In this document: positions 37,161 to 49,876 of the stretch, one piece after another
How the letters are laid out: each line of letters opens with the position of its first letter
How positions within the stretch are numbered: the first letter of the stretch is position 1
NCBI GenBank assembly: GCA_038087875.1
Contig: CM075987.1
Coordinates: forward strand, 27,220,001 to 27,284,000
DNA from: Malacoraja senta
Lineage: Eukaryota
Reading direction: 5' to 3'
DNA length: 64,000 nucleotides
The notes under the pieces: model-generated
The model's input: the letters and a program-made list of their open reading frames with translations, nothing else
What the model was told of the DNA's origin: nothing
The model's database searches: none
Position numbers and translations under genes: made by a program

Positions 37161-39812
37161 GTGGAATCGGTATGGGTAGAGCTGCGAAACACTAAGGGGC
37201 AGAAAACGCTGGTGGGCGTTGTGTACAGGCCACCTAGCAGTAGTAGTGAAGTTGGGGATGGCATCAAACAGGAAATTAGAAATGCGTGCAACAAAGGCAA
37301 AACAGTTATAATGGGTGACTTCAATCTACATATAGATTGGGTGAATCAAATTGGCAGGGGTGCTGAGGAAGAGGATTTCTTGGAATGTATGAGGGATAGT
37401 TATCTAAACCAACATGTAGAGGAACCAACGAGAGAGCAGGCTATTCTAGACTGGGTATTGAGTAATGAGGAAGGGTTAGTTAGCAGACTTGTTGTGCGTG
37501 CCCCCTTGGGCAAGAGTGATCATAATATGGTTGAGTTCTTCATTAGGATGGAGAGTGACATTGTTAATTCACAAACAACGGTTCTGAACTTAAAGAAAGG
37601 TAACTTTGAGGGTATGAGACGTGAATTGGCCAAGATTGACTGGCAATTAGTTCTAAAAGGGTTGACGGTGGATATGCAATGGAAGGCATTTAAAGACTGC
37701 ATGGATGAACTACAAAAATTGTTCATCCCAGTTTGGCAAAAGAATAAATCAAGGAAGGTAGTGCATCCGTGGATAACAAGGGAAATCAGGGATAGTATCA
37801 AAGCAAAAGATGATGCGTACAAATTAGCCAGAAAAAGCAGCATACCAGAGGACTGGGAGAAATTCAGAGACCAGCAGAGGAGGACAAAGGGCTTAATTAG
37901 GAAAGGGAAAATAGATTATGAAAGGAAACTGGCAGGGAACATAAAAACTGACTGCAAAAGTTTTTATAGATATGTGAAGAGAAAGAGATTAGTTAAATCA
38001 AATGTAGGTCCCTTGCAGTCAGAAACAGGTGAATTGATCATGGGGAACAAGGATATGGCAGACCAATTGAATAACTACTTTGGTTCCGTCTTCACTAAGG
38101 AAGACATAAATAATCTGCCGGAAATAGCAGGGGGCCGCGGGTCAAAGGAGATGGAGGAACTGAGTGAAATCCAGGTTAGTCGGGAAGTGGTGTTGGGTAA
38201 ATTGAATGGATTAAAGGCCGATAAATCACCAGGGCCAGATAGGCTGCATCCCAGAGTACTTAAGGAAGTAGCTCCAGAAATAGTGGATGCATTAGTGATA
38301 ATTTTTCAAAACTCTTTAGATTCTGGAGTAGTTCCTGAGGATTGGAGGGTAGCAAACGTAACCCCACTTTTTAAGAAGGGAGGGAGAGAGAAAACGGGGA
38401 ATTACAGACCAGTTAGTCTAACATCGGTAGTGGGGAAACTGCTAGAGTCAGTTATTAAAGATGGGATAGCAGCACATTTGGAAAGTGGTGAAATCATTGG
38501 ACAAAGTCAGCATGGATTTACGAAAGGTAAATCGTGTCTGACGAATCTTATAGAATTTTTCGAGGATGTAACTAGTAGAGTGGATAGGGGAGAACCAGTG
38601 GATGTGTTGTATCTGGACTTTCAGAAGGCTTTCGACAAGGTACCACATAAGAGATTAGGATACAAACTTAAATCACACGGTATTGGGGGTTCAGTATTGA
38701 TGTGGATAGAGAACTGGCTGGCAAACAGGAAGCAAAGAGTAGGAGTAAACGGGTCCTTTTCACAATGGCAGGCAGTGACTAGTGGGGTACCACAAGGCTC
38801 AGTGCTGGGACCCCAGCTATTTACAATTTATATTAATGATCTGGACGAGGGAATTGAAAGCAACATCTCCAAGTTTGCGGATGACACTAAGCTGGGGGGC
38901 AGTGTTAGCTGTGAGGAGGATGCTAGGAGACTGCAAGGTGACTTGGATAGGCTGGGTGAGTGGGCAAATGTTTGGCAGATGCAGTATAATGTGGATAAAT
39001 GTGAGGTTATCCACTTTGGTAGCAAAAACGGGAAGGCAGACTATTATCTAAATGGTGGCCGATTAGGAAATGGGGAGATGCAGCGAGACCTGGGTGTCAT
39101 GGTACACCAGTCATTGAAAGTAGGCATGCAGGTGCAGCAGGCAGTGAAGAAAGCGAATGGTATGTTGGCCTTCATAGCAAGAGGATTTGAGTATAGGAGC
39201 AGGGAGGTTCTACTGCAGTTGTACAGGGTCTTGGTGAGACCACACCTGGAGTATTGCGTACAGTTTTGGTCTCCAAATCTGAGGAAGGACATTATAGCCA
39301 TAGAGGGAGTGCAGAGAAGGTTCACCAGACTGATTCCTGGGATGTCAGGACTTTCATATGAAGAAAGACTGGATAGACTTGGCTTATACTCGCTAGAATT
39401 TAGGAGATTGAGAGGGGATCTTATAGAAACGTACAAGATTCTTATGGGGTTGGACAGGCTAGATGCAGGAAGATTGTTCCCGATGTTGGGGAAGTCCAGG
39501 ACAAGGGGTCACAGCTTAAGGATAAGGGGGAAATCCTTTAAGACTGAGATGAGGAAAAACTTTTTCACACAGAGAGTGGTGAATCTCTGGAACTCTCTGC
39601 CACAGAGGGTAGTTGAGGCCAGTTCATTGGCTATATTTAAGAGGGAATTAGATGTGGCCCTTGTGGCTAAAGGGATCAGGGGGTATGGAGAGAAGGCAGG
39701 TACGGGATACTGAGTTGGAGGATCAGCCATGATCGTATTGAATGGCGGTGCAGGCTCGAAGGGCCGAATGGCCTACTCCTGCACCTAATTTCTATGTATC
39801 TATGTATCTATG
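37161..39812 (+). mobile_element. CR1/HER1-type LINE, 5'-truncated, ORF2 (partial APE endonuclease plus RT) uninterrupted for 850 codons
   Basis: GDFN and SDH endonuclease motifs; NYRPVSLTS, YLDFQKAFD, GVPQGSVLGP and FADD RT motifs; 3' tail (tctatgta)n; inserted into a minus-strand HE1 SINE. Confidence 0.95.
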
Positions 39813-40059
39813 AAACCGGAGCACCCGGAGAAACCCCATGTGCTCACAGGGAGAAGGTACAAACTCCGTACAGGCAGCACCCGTAGTCAGGATTAAACCC
39901 TGGGCTCTGGCACTGTGAGGCAGCAACTCCACCGCTGCGCCACCGTGCCACCCTGGCAGAGTGCCTTTGGGTGAACTGGCTCAAAGGAGCAAGTGTGTGT
40001 CTGCACTGATTAACAGGGCTGGGACCAGGAAATGCAGCCTCATTTTGAGTGTTCTCTCC

Positions 40060-40800
40060 TCAAGACCATAATGCATGAAGCAGAATTAGTCCATGCAGCT
40101 AGCTCATAGAGCCATTCAGTCATGGCTGATCTATCTCTCCCTCCTAACTCCATTCTCCTGCCTTCTTCCCATAACCCATGACACCCGCACTAATCAACAA
40201 TCTGTCAATCTCCACTCTAAAAAAATACCCAAAGCAATGGCCTCCACAGCCGTCTGAATTCCACAGATTCACCACCCTCTGACTAAAGAAATTCCTCTTC
40301 ATCTCCTCCCTGAGGCTATGCCCTCTGCTCCTAGAGCCTCCCTTTACTGGAAACATCCTCTCAATGTCCACTCTGTGCAGACCTTTCATTATCCAGAAGT
40401 TTCAATGAGATTCCCCACCCCCCTCATCCTTCTAAACATCAGCGAGTACAGACCCAGAGATTTCAAACGCTCCTCATAACCCAAACATCCCGAGATCACT
40501 CTCGTAAACTTTCCTCACACCCTCTCCCCAGCGCCAGCACAATCTTCCTCAGATACCGGGCACCAAACTGCTCACAATACTCCAAATGTGGCCTGACCAG
40601 CGCTGTCTAAAACCTCAGCATTACATCCCTGCTTCTATATTCTCGTCCTCTCAAAATTAATGCTGGCGTTGCATTTGCCCTCCTGACTGCCGACACAATC
40701 TGCAAATTACCCTTTTGGGAAATCTGCACCAGCATTCCCGTGTCTCTTTGAAGCTTTGATTTCTGAATCCTCTTCCCATCCAGACAGTAGTCCACCCCTT
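40060..40800 (-). mobile_element. Old decayed CR1 fragment
   Basis: Degenerate RT C-terminal motifs in ORFs 40144 and 40607. Confidence 0.75.
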
Positions 40801-42001
40801 TATTCCTTGTTCTTCTAAACCTCTTTGCCACTCCACTGCTCACCATTTAACATCGTTATGTTGTGCTCGCCACAAAGTAACTCCCATTTCCTCCTTTTAT
40901 AACAATATTTTGACAAGAGATTTAACCATGTTATTCCTATTTTGCTTTATCATAGCGAGAAACCATTTCATCAATAAAAGCCATTTGCAAGGTTAACCTG
41001 ATCGTTGTCATTGATCACATTTGCTCGTTGGCGTCTCATGTCCGAGAAGCATGCCCATGGATTATGTATTTAATCCTTTGTCAATTCATTCACATACAGC
41101 ACGGAGCACTTTTAGGTATTATTAAATGAAATTGGGACTGCAAGTTACAAAGATGTAATGAAGGAATAAGTGCGTCATTGTTTCGGCAGCGCTTTGAGAA
41201 TGTTGAAGTCTCTACAGGGTGCATGTAATATAGAGTGTGCAGAATGACACCAGCAGTGGGACGTTGCAGTTATTAGAAGAGAATTGCTCGAGATACCGGC
41301 ATTGTTTCCAGGTTTCAGAAGGAGATTTAATCCATTTTAATGTGAATAAAGAAAGAGGAGTTAATGTCAAGGAGCCATTGATTTTATAAAGCACGAAAGA
41401 GCACACAGAAAGGTTAAGAGGGATGTCATTGCACAGTGGATTGCAGCTTGCTCTGTCAATGCTTGGCTGCAGGGGGTGGTTGAAATAAAGGCCAATCTTA
41501 TAAGGTTGAATAATTTTCAAGCAAAAAGAGCTGAATAAAGCTACTGTGATATAATCCAGCCAGACTATTAAACTCCAGTGGATTGGATTGATTTTTCTGT
41601 GAAAAAGAAATATAGACAATAGGTGCAGGAGTAGGCCATTCGGCCCTTCGAGCCAGTACCGCCATTCAATGTGATCATGGCTGATCACATAGAGTCTTAC
41701 AGCGTGGAAACAGGCCCTTCGGCCCAACTTGCCCGTGTTGACCAACATGTCCCATCTACACGTCCCACCTGCCTGCTTTTGGCCTATGTCGCTCTAAACC
41801 TGTCCTATCCATGTACCCGTCTGAATGCATCTTAAACGTTGTGATAGTCCCTGCCTCAACTACCTCCTCCGGTGGCTTGTTCCATGCACCCATCACACCT
41901 TGTATAAAAAAAGTTACCCCTCGGTTTCCTATTAAATCTTACCCCCCCCCCTCAGCTTAAAACCAATGTCCTCTGGTTAAATGCAATTAGAAAAAACAGA
42001 T

Positions 42002-42300
42002 ACGGCACAGTGGTGCAGCGGTAGAGTTGCTGCCTTACAGGTTTGAATCTGACCACGGGCGCTGTCTGTACGGAGTTTGTATGTTCTCCCTGTGACCTGC
42101 GTGGGTGTTCTCTGGGAGATCCGGTTTCCTCCCACATTCCAAAGACGTACAGGTTTGTAGGCTAATTGGCTTCGGTAAAATTGAAAGTTGTCTCTAGTGT
42201 GTGTAGTATGCTAGTGTACGGGGTGATCGCTGGTCGGCATGGTCTTGGTGGGCAGAAGGACTGTTTCCACACTGTATCTCAACACTAAACTAAAAGACTA
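42002..42300 (+). mobile_element. HE1 SINE
   Basis: Same consensus. Confidence 0.85.
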
Positions 42301-44849
42301 AAGAAACAGGGAAATGCTTTTTGATTTGCATTCCAGACAACATTAGTGACTTTGATTTTCTTTCTCGGACACAGAATGAGTTAAATCACTGACAGAAGTT
42401 GCCCATTGCGGTCTGCGTCAGCACCTCGCAAAAATCAATCCCATCTCCCCACTCTCACTTCAACAGCCTGTGAATTATTTTCTACCAACTGCCTATCAAT
42501 TTCCTTCTTGCGCACATAAATAGCATTGAAATAAACGCAATCAATTGACGAAGGGCCAACTTCAATGTGATTCGAACAGATGTGATTCAGGTACGTTGGA
42601 ATCAAAGCTGGGCATGCCAAAACTACAAGACAACAATACAAGACTCTAAGGTGGAAATGATTCAGCTAGTGTGGACACATTGTCATGAGAAGAAGCAAAG
42701 ATAGAGCCTGAGCTTCCAGGATGATTAAAACTAGAAAGAGCAAAATAGAGCAGAGAAAAAAAAAGCACATGATGACAGATTGTTAACAGAAGTGAGAGCC
42801 AGGCTGATAACAGAAGGAAATAAGAAAGGCAGAGAGTGCCTGGAAACGGCTGGCAGCAAATGCAACCGGGTGTTCAAAAATATCATCTCGGCATGTGGAC
42901 AGGAAGAAGTTGTAAGAGGAGAGGCGGGACAGAGCACAGACCAAGAGGAACATCTGAAGAAGGGCCTCGACCCGAAACGTCACCTATTCCATCCATCCAG
43001 AGATGCCGCCTGTCCCGCTGAGTTACTCCAGCTTTTTGTGTCTGTCCAAGAGGAATATTTACTGATGGAGGGACAGGCATGGCTGATGTACTCAATCATT
43101 TCATGGTAGTTTTCACCAAAGGAGATGTTTTTTATAATTAAGGTGCAGCTGAGATTCTGGAAGGTAAAATTAGAAAACGGAAAGGGCTAGCTGGACTTAC
43201 TGCTGATAAAGCACGTAGCCCAAGTGAGACACATTCTATCTGGTTGAGTCAGTTTTAGTTTATTGTCACGTGTACCGAGGTACAGTGAAAAGCTTTTGTA
43301 GCATGCTAACCAGTCAGTGGAAAGACAATACATGATTACAATCGAGCCGTCCACAGTGTACAGATACAGGATAAAGGGAATAACGTGAATAATGTTATTC
43401 CCTAGGGAACAAGGGAGCATGGGAGAAATTGCATGGCCGTAATCTTCCAAACAGATTCTGGGTTGGTTCCCCAAGGACGAGAAACTTGCAAATGCAACGC
43501 CCTCATTCAAAGAGAAGGAAAGGACAAATCCAATAAGGTCGACTTGTCAGCATCAACTCAGTGCCAGGGATGTTCGGGACAGAATGAGAAACCACTTGGA
43601 CAAGTATGGATCAACTGGAGAAGGCCAGCATAGATTTTTGAAGGTAAATCATGTCTTTTGATGAAACAACTAAGATGGTTGCAGTGGGGAATGCCATTGA
43701 TGAGGGACGTGTGCACGTCTAAAAGGCATGTGATCAAGATTGGAACCCCATGAAATAAAAGGCCATAATACCATGGAACAAAAAACTGCTAAGCTACAGA
43801 AAGCACAATAGCAATGTCAGGGGCGGAGCGGTAGAGTTGGAGTCTCACAACGCCAGAGACCCGGGTTTGATCCTGACCACGGGTGCTGTCTGTACGGAGT
43901 TTGTATGGGAGGAAACCGGAGCACCTGTAGAAAACCCACGTGATCACAGGGAGAATGTACAAACTCCATACAGACAGCACCCCGTAGTCAGGACTGAAGC
44001 CGGGACTCTGTTGCACGGGGCACAATTTCCAAAGGAGGAGATGAGATGTGCAGGAGATCACAACTGGCCCCAGTATCACCAGCTGCTCCAGCAATGACGA
44101 TGCTTCCACCATAGGGTCAAGATGGGGATGCCCGCTGATCAATGCAATGTTCAACTCCATCCATAACTCCCGAGCAAATGAAGCACCCACACTTGTACCT
44201 AGCTAAATCTAGACAACACATGGCAGCATTTTGTGTCTATCTCACACTTGACGTCCTCCGAGCGAGGGCTATATGTATGTAGTTTGTTTGTTTATACTAT
44301 TCTTATAACAAATGTAAAGCACTTTGGCCAACGAGAGTTGTTTTTTAAATGTGCTATATAAATAAATGTGACTTGACTTGTCTTATCTTCGGTGTAAACC
44401 GGCATCTGCAGTTCCTTCCTCAACTCAACTGCTAAACTAAACCAAAGCCTTTCCACCAATTAAAATGTATAAATCATTAGCATGACAAGCAAGGGACTCA
44501 GTCTCGCTGCATCCGGCCTGAAGGCATATATATCTACAACGAGAAATACTTATTTAAACAAATTCATCCACAAAGCTGCAATTGAGGAAGTCTGTTCCCC
44601 AAGATGTTGACAGCAATTCTGGTATAACAGCATCAACTGGGTGATATTTTCCACATGGATGTGAGATGATGACACAATAACAGCATTAGTCAACCATTTG
44701 TCAAGCACACACTAGAGGGGAATAAAAGCAACCTCCTGCCACACATACATTCCGTCGCCAGGCACAAGGCAGAAGAGCACGGTGGTCTCACCTCCCCCCT
44801 CCCCTGCTCCTTATGTCCATGCCCACCCTGGACCTGATCTCAGTCTCCA

Positions 44850-45332
44850 TGAGTCGAGTTTAGTTTATTGTCACGTGTACCGAGGTACAGTGAAAAGCTT
44901 TTGTTGCGTGCTAACCAGTCAGCGGAAAGACAATACATGATTACAATCGAGCCATTCACAGTGTACAGATACATGATAAAGGGGATAACGTGAAAAACAT
45001 TTAGTGCAAGATAAAGCCAGTAATGTCCGATTAAAGATAGTCCGAGGGTCTCCATGAGGTAGATAGTAGTTCAGGACTGCTCTCTGGTTGTGGTAGGATG
45101 GTTCAGTTGCCTGATAACAGCTGGGAAGAAACTGTCCCTGAATCTGGAGGTGTGCGTTTTCACACTTCCACACCTTCTGTCCGGTGGGAAAGGGGAGAAG
45201 ACAGAGTGGCCAGGGGTGCGACTCATCCTGGATTATGCTGCTGGCCTTACCGAGACAGCACGAGGTCATGGAGTCAATGGAAGGGACGCTGATATGTGTG
45301 ATATTCTGAGATGCGTCCACAATTCTCTGCAA
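44850..45332 (-). mobile_element. Rex1/Babar-type LINE 3' fragment
   Basis: QRIVDASQNIT..SIIQDESHP remnants and gtacacgtgacaataaact tail. Confidence 0.75.
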
Positions 45333-45352
45333 TTAGGGTTAATGGTTCAATG

Positions 45353-46095
45353 TTTAGTTTTTTAGTTTAGTTTAGAGATACAGCGCGGAAACAGGCTCTT
45401 CTAACCACCGAGTCCGCGCTGACCAGCGATCGCCCTATACGCTAGCCTATCCTCCACACGAGGGACAAATTTTACACTTACCAAATTACCGAAGCCAATT
45501 AACCTACAAACCTGCACGTCTTTGTAGTGTGGGGGGAAACCAGAGCACCCGGAGAAAACCTACAGGGTCACAGGGAGAACGTACAAACAGCGTACAGACA
45601 GCACCCGTAGTCAGGATGGAATCGGGGTTTCTGGCGTTGTACGGCAGCAACTCTACCGCTGCACCACCATGCCGCCCCAAATGGTTCTTCATTATCACAT
45701 CTACCAAGGTTTATTTTGTGCGTACAAAGCAGTAACATATAGCCATACACAGATACAATCCCAGATTAAGTACAGAGTACTTAGGGCGGCATGGTGGCGC
45801 AACAGTAGTGTTACTGCCTCACAGCGCCAGAGACCCGGGATCGATCCTGACCACGGGTGCTGTCTGTACGGAGTTTGTACGTTCTCCCCGTGACCTGCAT
45901 GGAATTTTCTCCAAGTACTTTGGCTTCCTCCCACACTCCAAAGACGTATGGGTTGGGTTCATTGGCCTGGTATCATTGTAAAATTGTCCCCAGTGCATGT
46001 GTAGGATAGTGTTAGTGTGCGGGGATCGCTGGTCGGTGCGGACTCAGTGGGCTGAAGGGCCTGTTTCCACGCTGCATCTTGAAACTAAATGAAAC
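45353..46095. mobile_element. Divergent pair of HE1 SINEs (minus 45353-45677, plus 45784-46095) just downstream of the catalytic exon
   Basis: Consensus match on both strands. Confidence 0.85.
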
Positions 46096-46173
46096 TATTA
46101 GAAACAGCCCACCGAGTCGACACGCAGGAGTGGCCGGGTTTTGGCGCCACAGGTCTCCAGCCGCTGCTCCTAC

Positions 46174-46330
46174 CTTGGCCCATTCTATAGCTCTGTTCCT
46201 CATGCGGTTGGCGTTCCTCTCCTCAGCGTACAGCGCTCCCATGAAGGAGCCGATGGATGTCCCACCCACCATGTCGATGGGGATGCCTGCCTCGTGCATG
46301 GCACGGATAATGCCCACTTGGGAACACCCC
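46174..46330 (-). CDS. PNPLA7: PNPLA7 exon [52 protein letters not shown] (catalytic GxSxG)
   Basis: tctgcag|G acceptor, AAG|gtagg donor; 157 nt, phase 2 to 0; Ser codon at 46255-46257. Confidence 0.95.
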
Positions 46331-46389
46331 CTGCAGACACAAACATAGCTCGTCAGCTCACACAAGGCAGGGCAACATAGACCAACAGG

Positions 46390-46925
46390 AGGCTCCGCAC
46401 GATGGCTGCCTCGCTCACAGTCTGTCTCGTCCTATGGCTGTTTTTAGTTGGTTGTTAAACGTATGTTTTAGTGTGTTTTCTGTTTTGTATTCTGTGGGGG
46501 GATGTGGGAAACTTTTTTAATGTCTTTCCTCGACAGAGAAAAGACATTTTTTCCGTATCGTATCTCCGTCCACGCTGCGGCCTAACATCGAGGAGCTCAC
46601 GGTCCCTGATGGGAATCGACCTCGGAGCTCCAACCAGCGGGAGCCTGCGGACAAACATCGAGGAGCTCGCGTTCCCTTGGTTAGGGACTGACCTCGGGAG
46701 CTCCAAGCTGCAGGAGCTTCGACCGCCCCGACACGGGAGCTTAGATAGCCGGCTGCGGGAGCTTCGATCGCCCCGACTGCGGATGGTTCGACTGCCCCGT
46801 CCCGTCACAGTGCGCTGGGGTGGATGTTTATGTCCATTTTTAGGTGTGTCTTGCTGCTTTTTTGATATGACTGTACGGCAAATCAAATTCCTTGTCTGTT
46901 CTTACATACTTGGCTAATAAATTCT
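46390..46925 (+). mobile_element. Unclassified GC-rich interspersed repeat with internal ggagct..cgccccgac subrepeats and a LINE-like 3' tail
   Basis: Internal repeats; tail aaattccttg..catacttggctaataaa resembles Rex/L2-type 3' ends. Confidence 0.5.
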
Positions 46926-47835
46926 TTGTATCTTGAAACATTTGCCAGCACTGTCGTAGAGGGCATTTTCTTTTCTTTCAGTTGACTTTGGTTTAGTTTA
47001 AATACACAGCACACAAACAAGTGTTCTCCGGGTGCTCCGGTTTCCACCCATTCCATAGACGTACAGGTTTGTAGGTTAATTGGTTTACTTTAGATATACA
47101 GCACACAAACAAGGGTGGCCCAGCAGTAAAGTTGCTGCCTCACAGTGCCAGAGGCCCGGGTTCGATCCTGACTATGGGTGCTGAATGTATGGAGTTTGTA
47201 CGTTCTCCCTGTGACCCGCGTGAGTGCCAGTTTCCTCCCACACTCCAATGACAAACAGTTAAAAAACAATGTTGTCCTTAGTGTGTGCTAGTGTAACAGG
47301 TATCGCTGGCCAGCGCAGACTCGCTGGGCCGAAAGCAGGTACATGGACAGGACATAGAGGGATACGGGCCAAATGCAGGCAAGTTTGACTAGAGTAGATG
47401 GGACATGTTGGCCGGTGAGGGCTGAAGGGCTTTGGTTCCACACTGTATGATTCTATGGCTCCATAACACCTTGTGTTCTTTTGTGTATTAACCAGTATCT
47501 GCAGTTCTTTGTTTCAACAATCTCCTCACTACAAAGATGCAGAAAATCAAAAGCAAACCACACCTGCCTTGACGTGTTATTCATCAAGCAGCATACACTG
47601 TCAGATGAAAGAGGAGTCTCTCACAAGTGTTTTTATCCATTTTCCTTTCAAAACAAATCCAATCAAAAAGGCTCAGAATTTTATGAAGCTGTGTTTGAAA
47701 GAAACCAAATGTGATCCTAGCCTTCAGTGTAGGAAACAAATGTTTTAATTGATAAATTAAATAAATAGACATTTTATTGCAGCAAAGATCTGTTAAATAA
47801 ACGCTCACTAACTGGGAGAGAGGCATATTGAAATG

Positions 47836-48138
47836 AGTTTAGTTTAGATATACGGCATGAAACCAGACCGTTCGGCCCACTGAGTCCGCACCAACCAGCG
47901 ATCCCCACACACTAACACTACCCTACACACACTAGGAACAATTTACATTTTATACCAAGCCAATTAACCTACAAACCTGCACATCTTTGGAGTGTGGGAG
48001 AAAATCAAAGATCTCAGAGAAAACCCACGCAGGTCACGGGGAGAATGTACAAACTCCGTACAGACAGCACCCGTAGTCAGGATGAAACCTGGGTCTCTGG
48101 CGCTGTGAGGCAGCAACTCTACCGCTGTGCCACCGTGC
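47836..48138 (-). mobile_element. HE1 SINE
   Basis: Reverse complement of the consensus. Confidence 0.85.
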
Positions 48139-48623
48139 TTGTGAGATGTGCTCACATATTCACTAATTCAGCAGAGAATGGGTTTGGTTCAATGAGTAAA
48201 CGTTTCCAGTAACTGCGACATGACCCACATCTGTGACTAAGCCAATTTTATTTCAATAATGCATTTCAGCATGTTCTTTTTGCAAAATAAGTAGAGTTAG
48301 AGTCAAGAGGACATCGACAAGGCTTGTGAGCTCCTAGGATCACATAACCTGCCAGTGATATCCTATTATTCGTGTGATGATGGATATTGGCACATGCAGT
48401 GGATGGTAACCATAACCCAATACCAAGTAGCCCTTATTTATCCCAGCACATTGGATTAACAATGGTGCACGGTGGAGCAGCAATAGAGACACTGCCTTAC
48501 AGCACCCGAGACCCAGGTTCGACCCAGACTACAGGCGTTGTGTGTATGGAGTTTGTATATTTTCCCTGTGACCGCGTGGGTTTTCTCCAGGTGCTCCGGT
48601 TCCTTCTCACCATCACATTCCCA

Positions 48624-49876
48624 TTGTGAGCAGTTTCAGGCCCCAAATCTGAGGAAGGATGTGCTGGCGTTGGAGAGGGTCTAGATGAGGTTTAAGAGAA
48701 TAATCCCAGGAATGAGTGGGTTAACATATGATGAGCGTATGAACGCACTGGGCCTGTACTCGCTGGAGTTTAGAAGGATGAGAGGAAGCCTCATTGAAAC
48801 GTACCAAATAGTGAAAGGCTTGGATAGAGTGGATGTGGAGAGGATGTTTCCACTAGTGGGAGAGTCTAGGACCAGAAGACAGAGCCTCTGAATAAAAGGA
48901 TGTTCCTTTAGGAAGGAGATGTAGGAATTTATTTAGCCAGAGGGTGGTTAATCTGTGGAATTCATTGCCACAGACAGCTGTGGAGGCCAAGTCAGTGGAT
49001 ATTTTTAAGGCAGAGATTGACAGGTTCTTGATTAGTACCGGTGTCATGGGGAGAAGGCAGGAGAATGGGGTTGAGAGGGAAAGGTAGATCAGCCATGATT
49101 GAATGGCGGAGTAGACTTGATGGGCCGAATGGCCTAATTCTGCTCCTTTCACATGAACATGAATACATGAGAATATAAGACAGAATTGCAACATGGATTT
49201 AAAATGGATTTGAGCGGAAGGAATCTTGGAGTGTACATGTGTATCTCAGAGGCAGTATGGTGGTTAAGACAGGAATGGAATATCGTGTGGCAGGAGAATG
49301 GGGTTGAGAGGGAAAGATAGATCAGCCATGATTGAATGGAAGAGTCGACTTGATGGGCCAAATGGCCTCATTCTACTCATAGAATTTATTCTACTCATAG
49401 AACGGGGTACTGAGGCAAAGACAATCAAACTGAATAATGAAAAAATGGATTGACTGAGCTTATATTCACTGGAATTTAGAAGGATGAGAGGGAATCTTAG
49501 AGAAACGTATAAAATTCTTAAGGGATTGGACAGGTTTGATGCAGGAATTATTTTCCCCAATGTTGGGGGGAGTCCGGAACCAGGGGTCATATTTTAAGAA
49601 TAAGGGGTCGGCCATTTAGGACTGAGATGAGGAAAAACCTTTTTTCATCCAGAGAGGTGTGAATGTGTGGAATTCTCTGCCACAGAAGGCAGTGGAGGCC
49701 AATTCACTGGATGTTTTCAAGAGAGAGTTAGATTTAGTTCATAGAGCTGACAGAATCAACAGACTTGGGGAGAAAGCAGGAACGGGGTACTGATTTTGGA
49801 TGATCGGCCATGATCATATTGAATGGCTCGAAGGGCCGAATGGCCTACTCCTGCACCTATTTTCTATGTTTCTATG
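48624..49876 (+). mobile_element. Cluster of CR1 3' fragments
   Basis: Repeated LGLYSLEFRR..TRG motifs and 3' UTRs. Confidence 0.8.
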
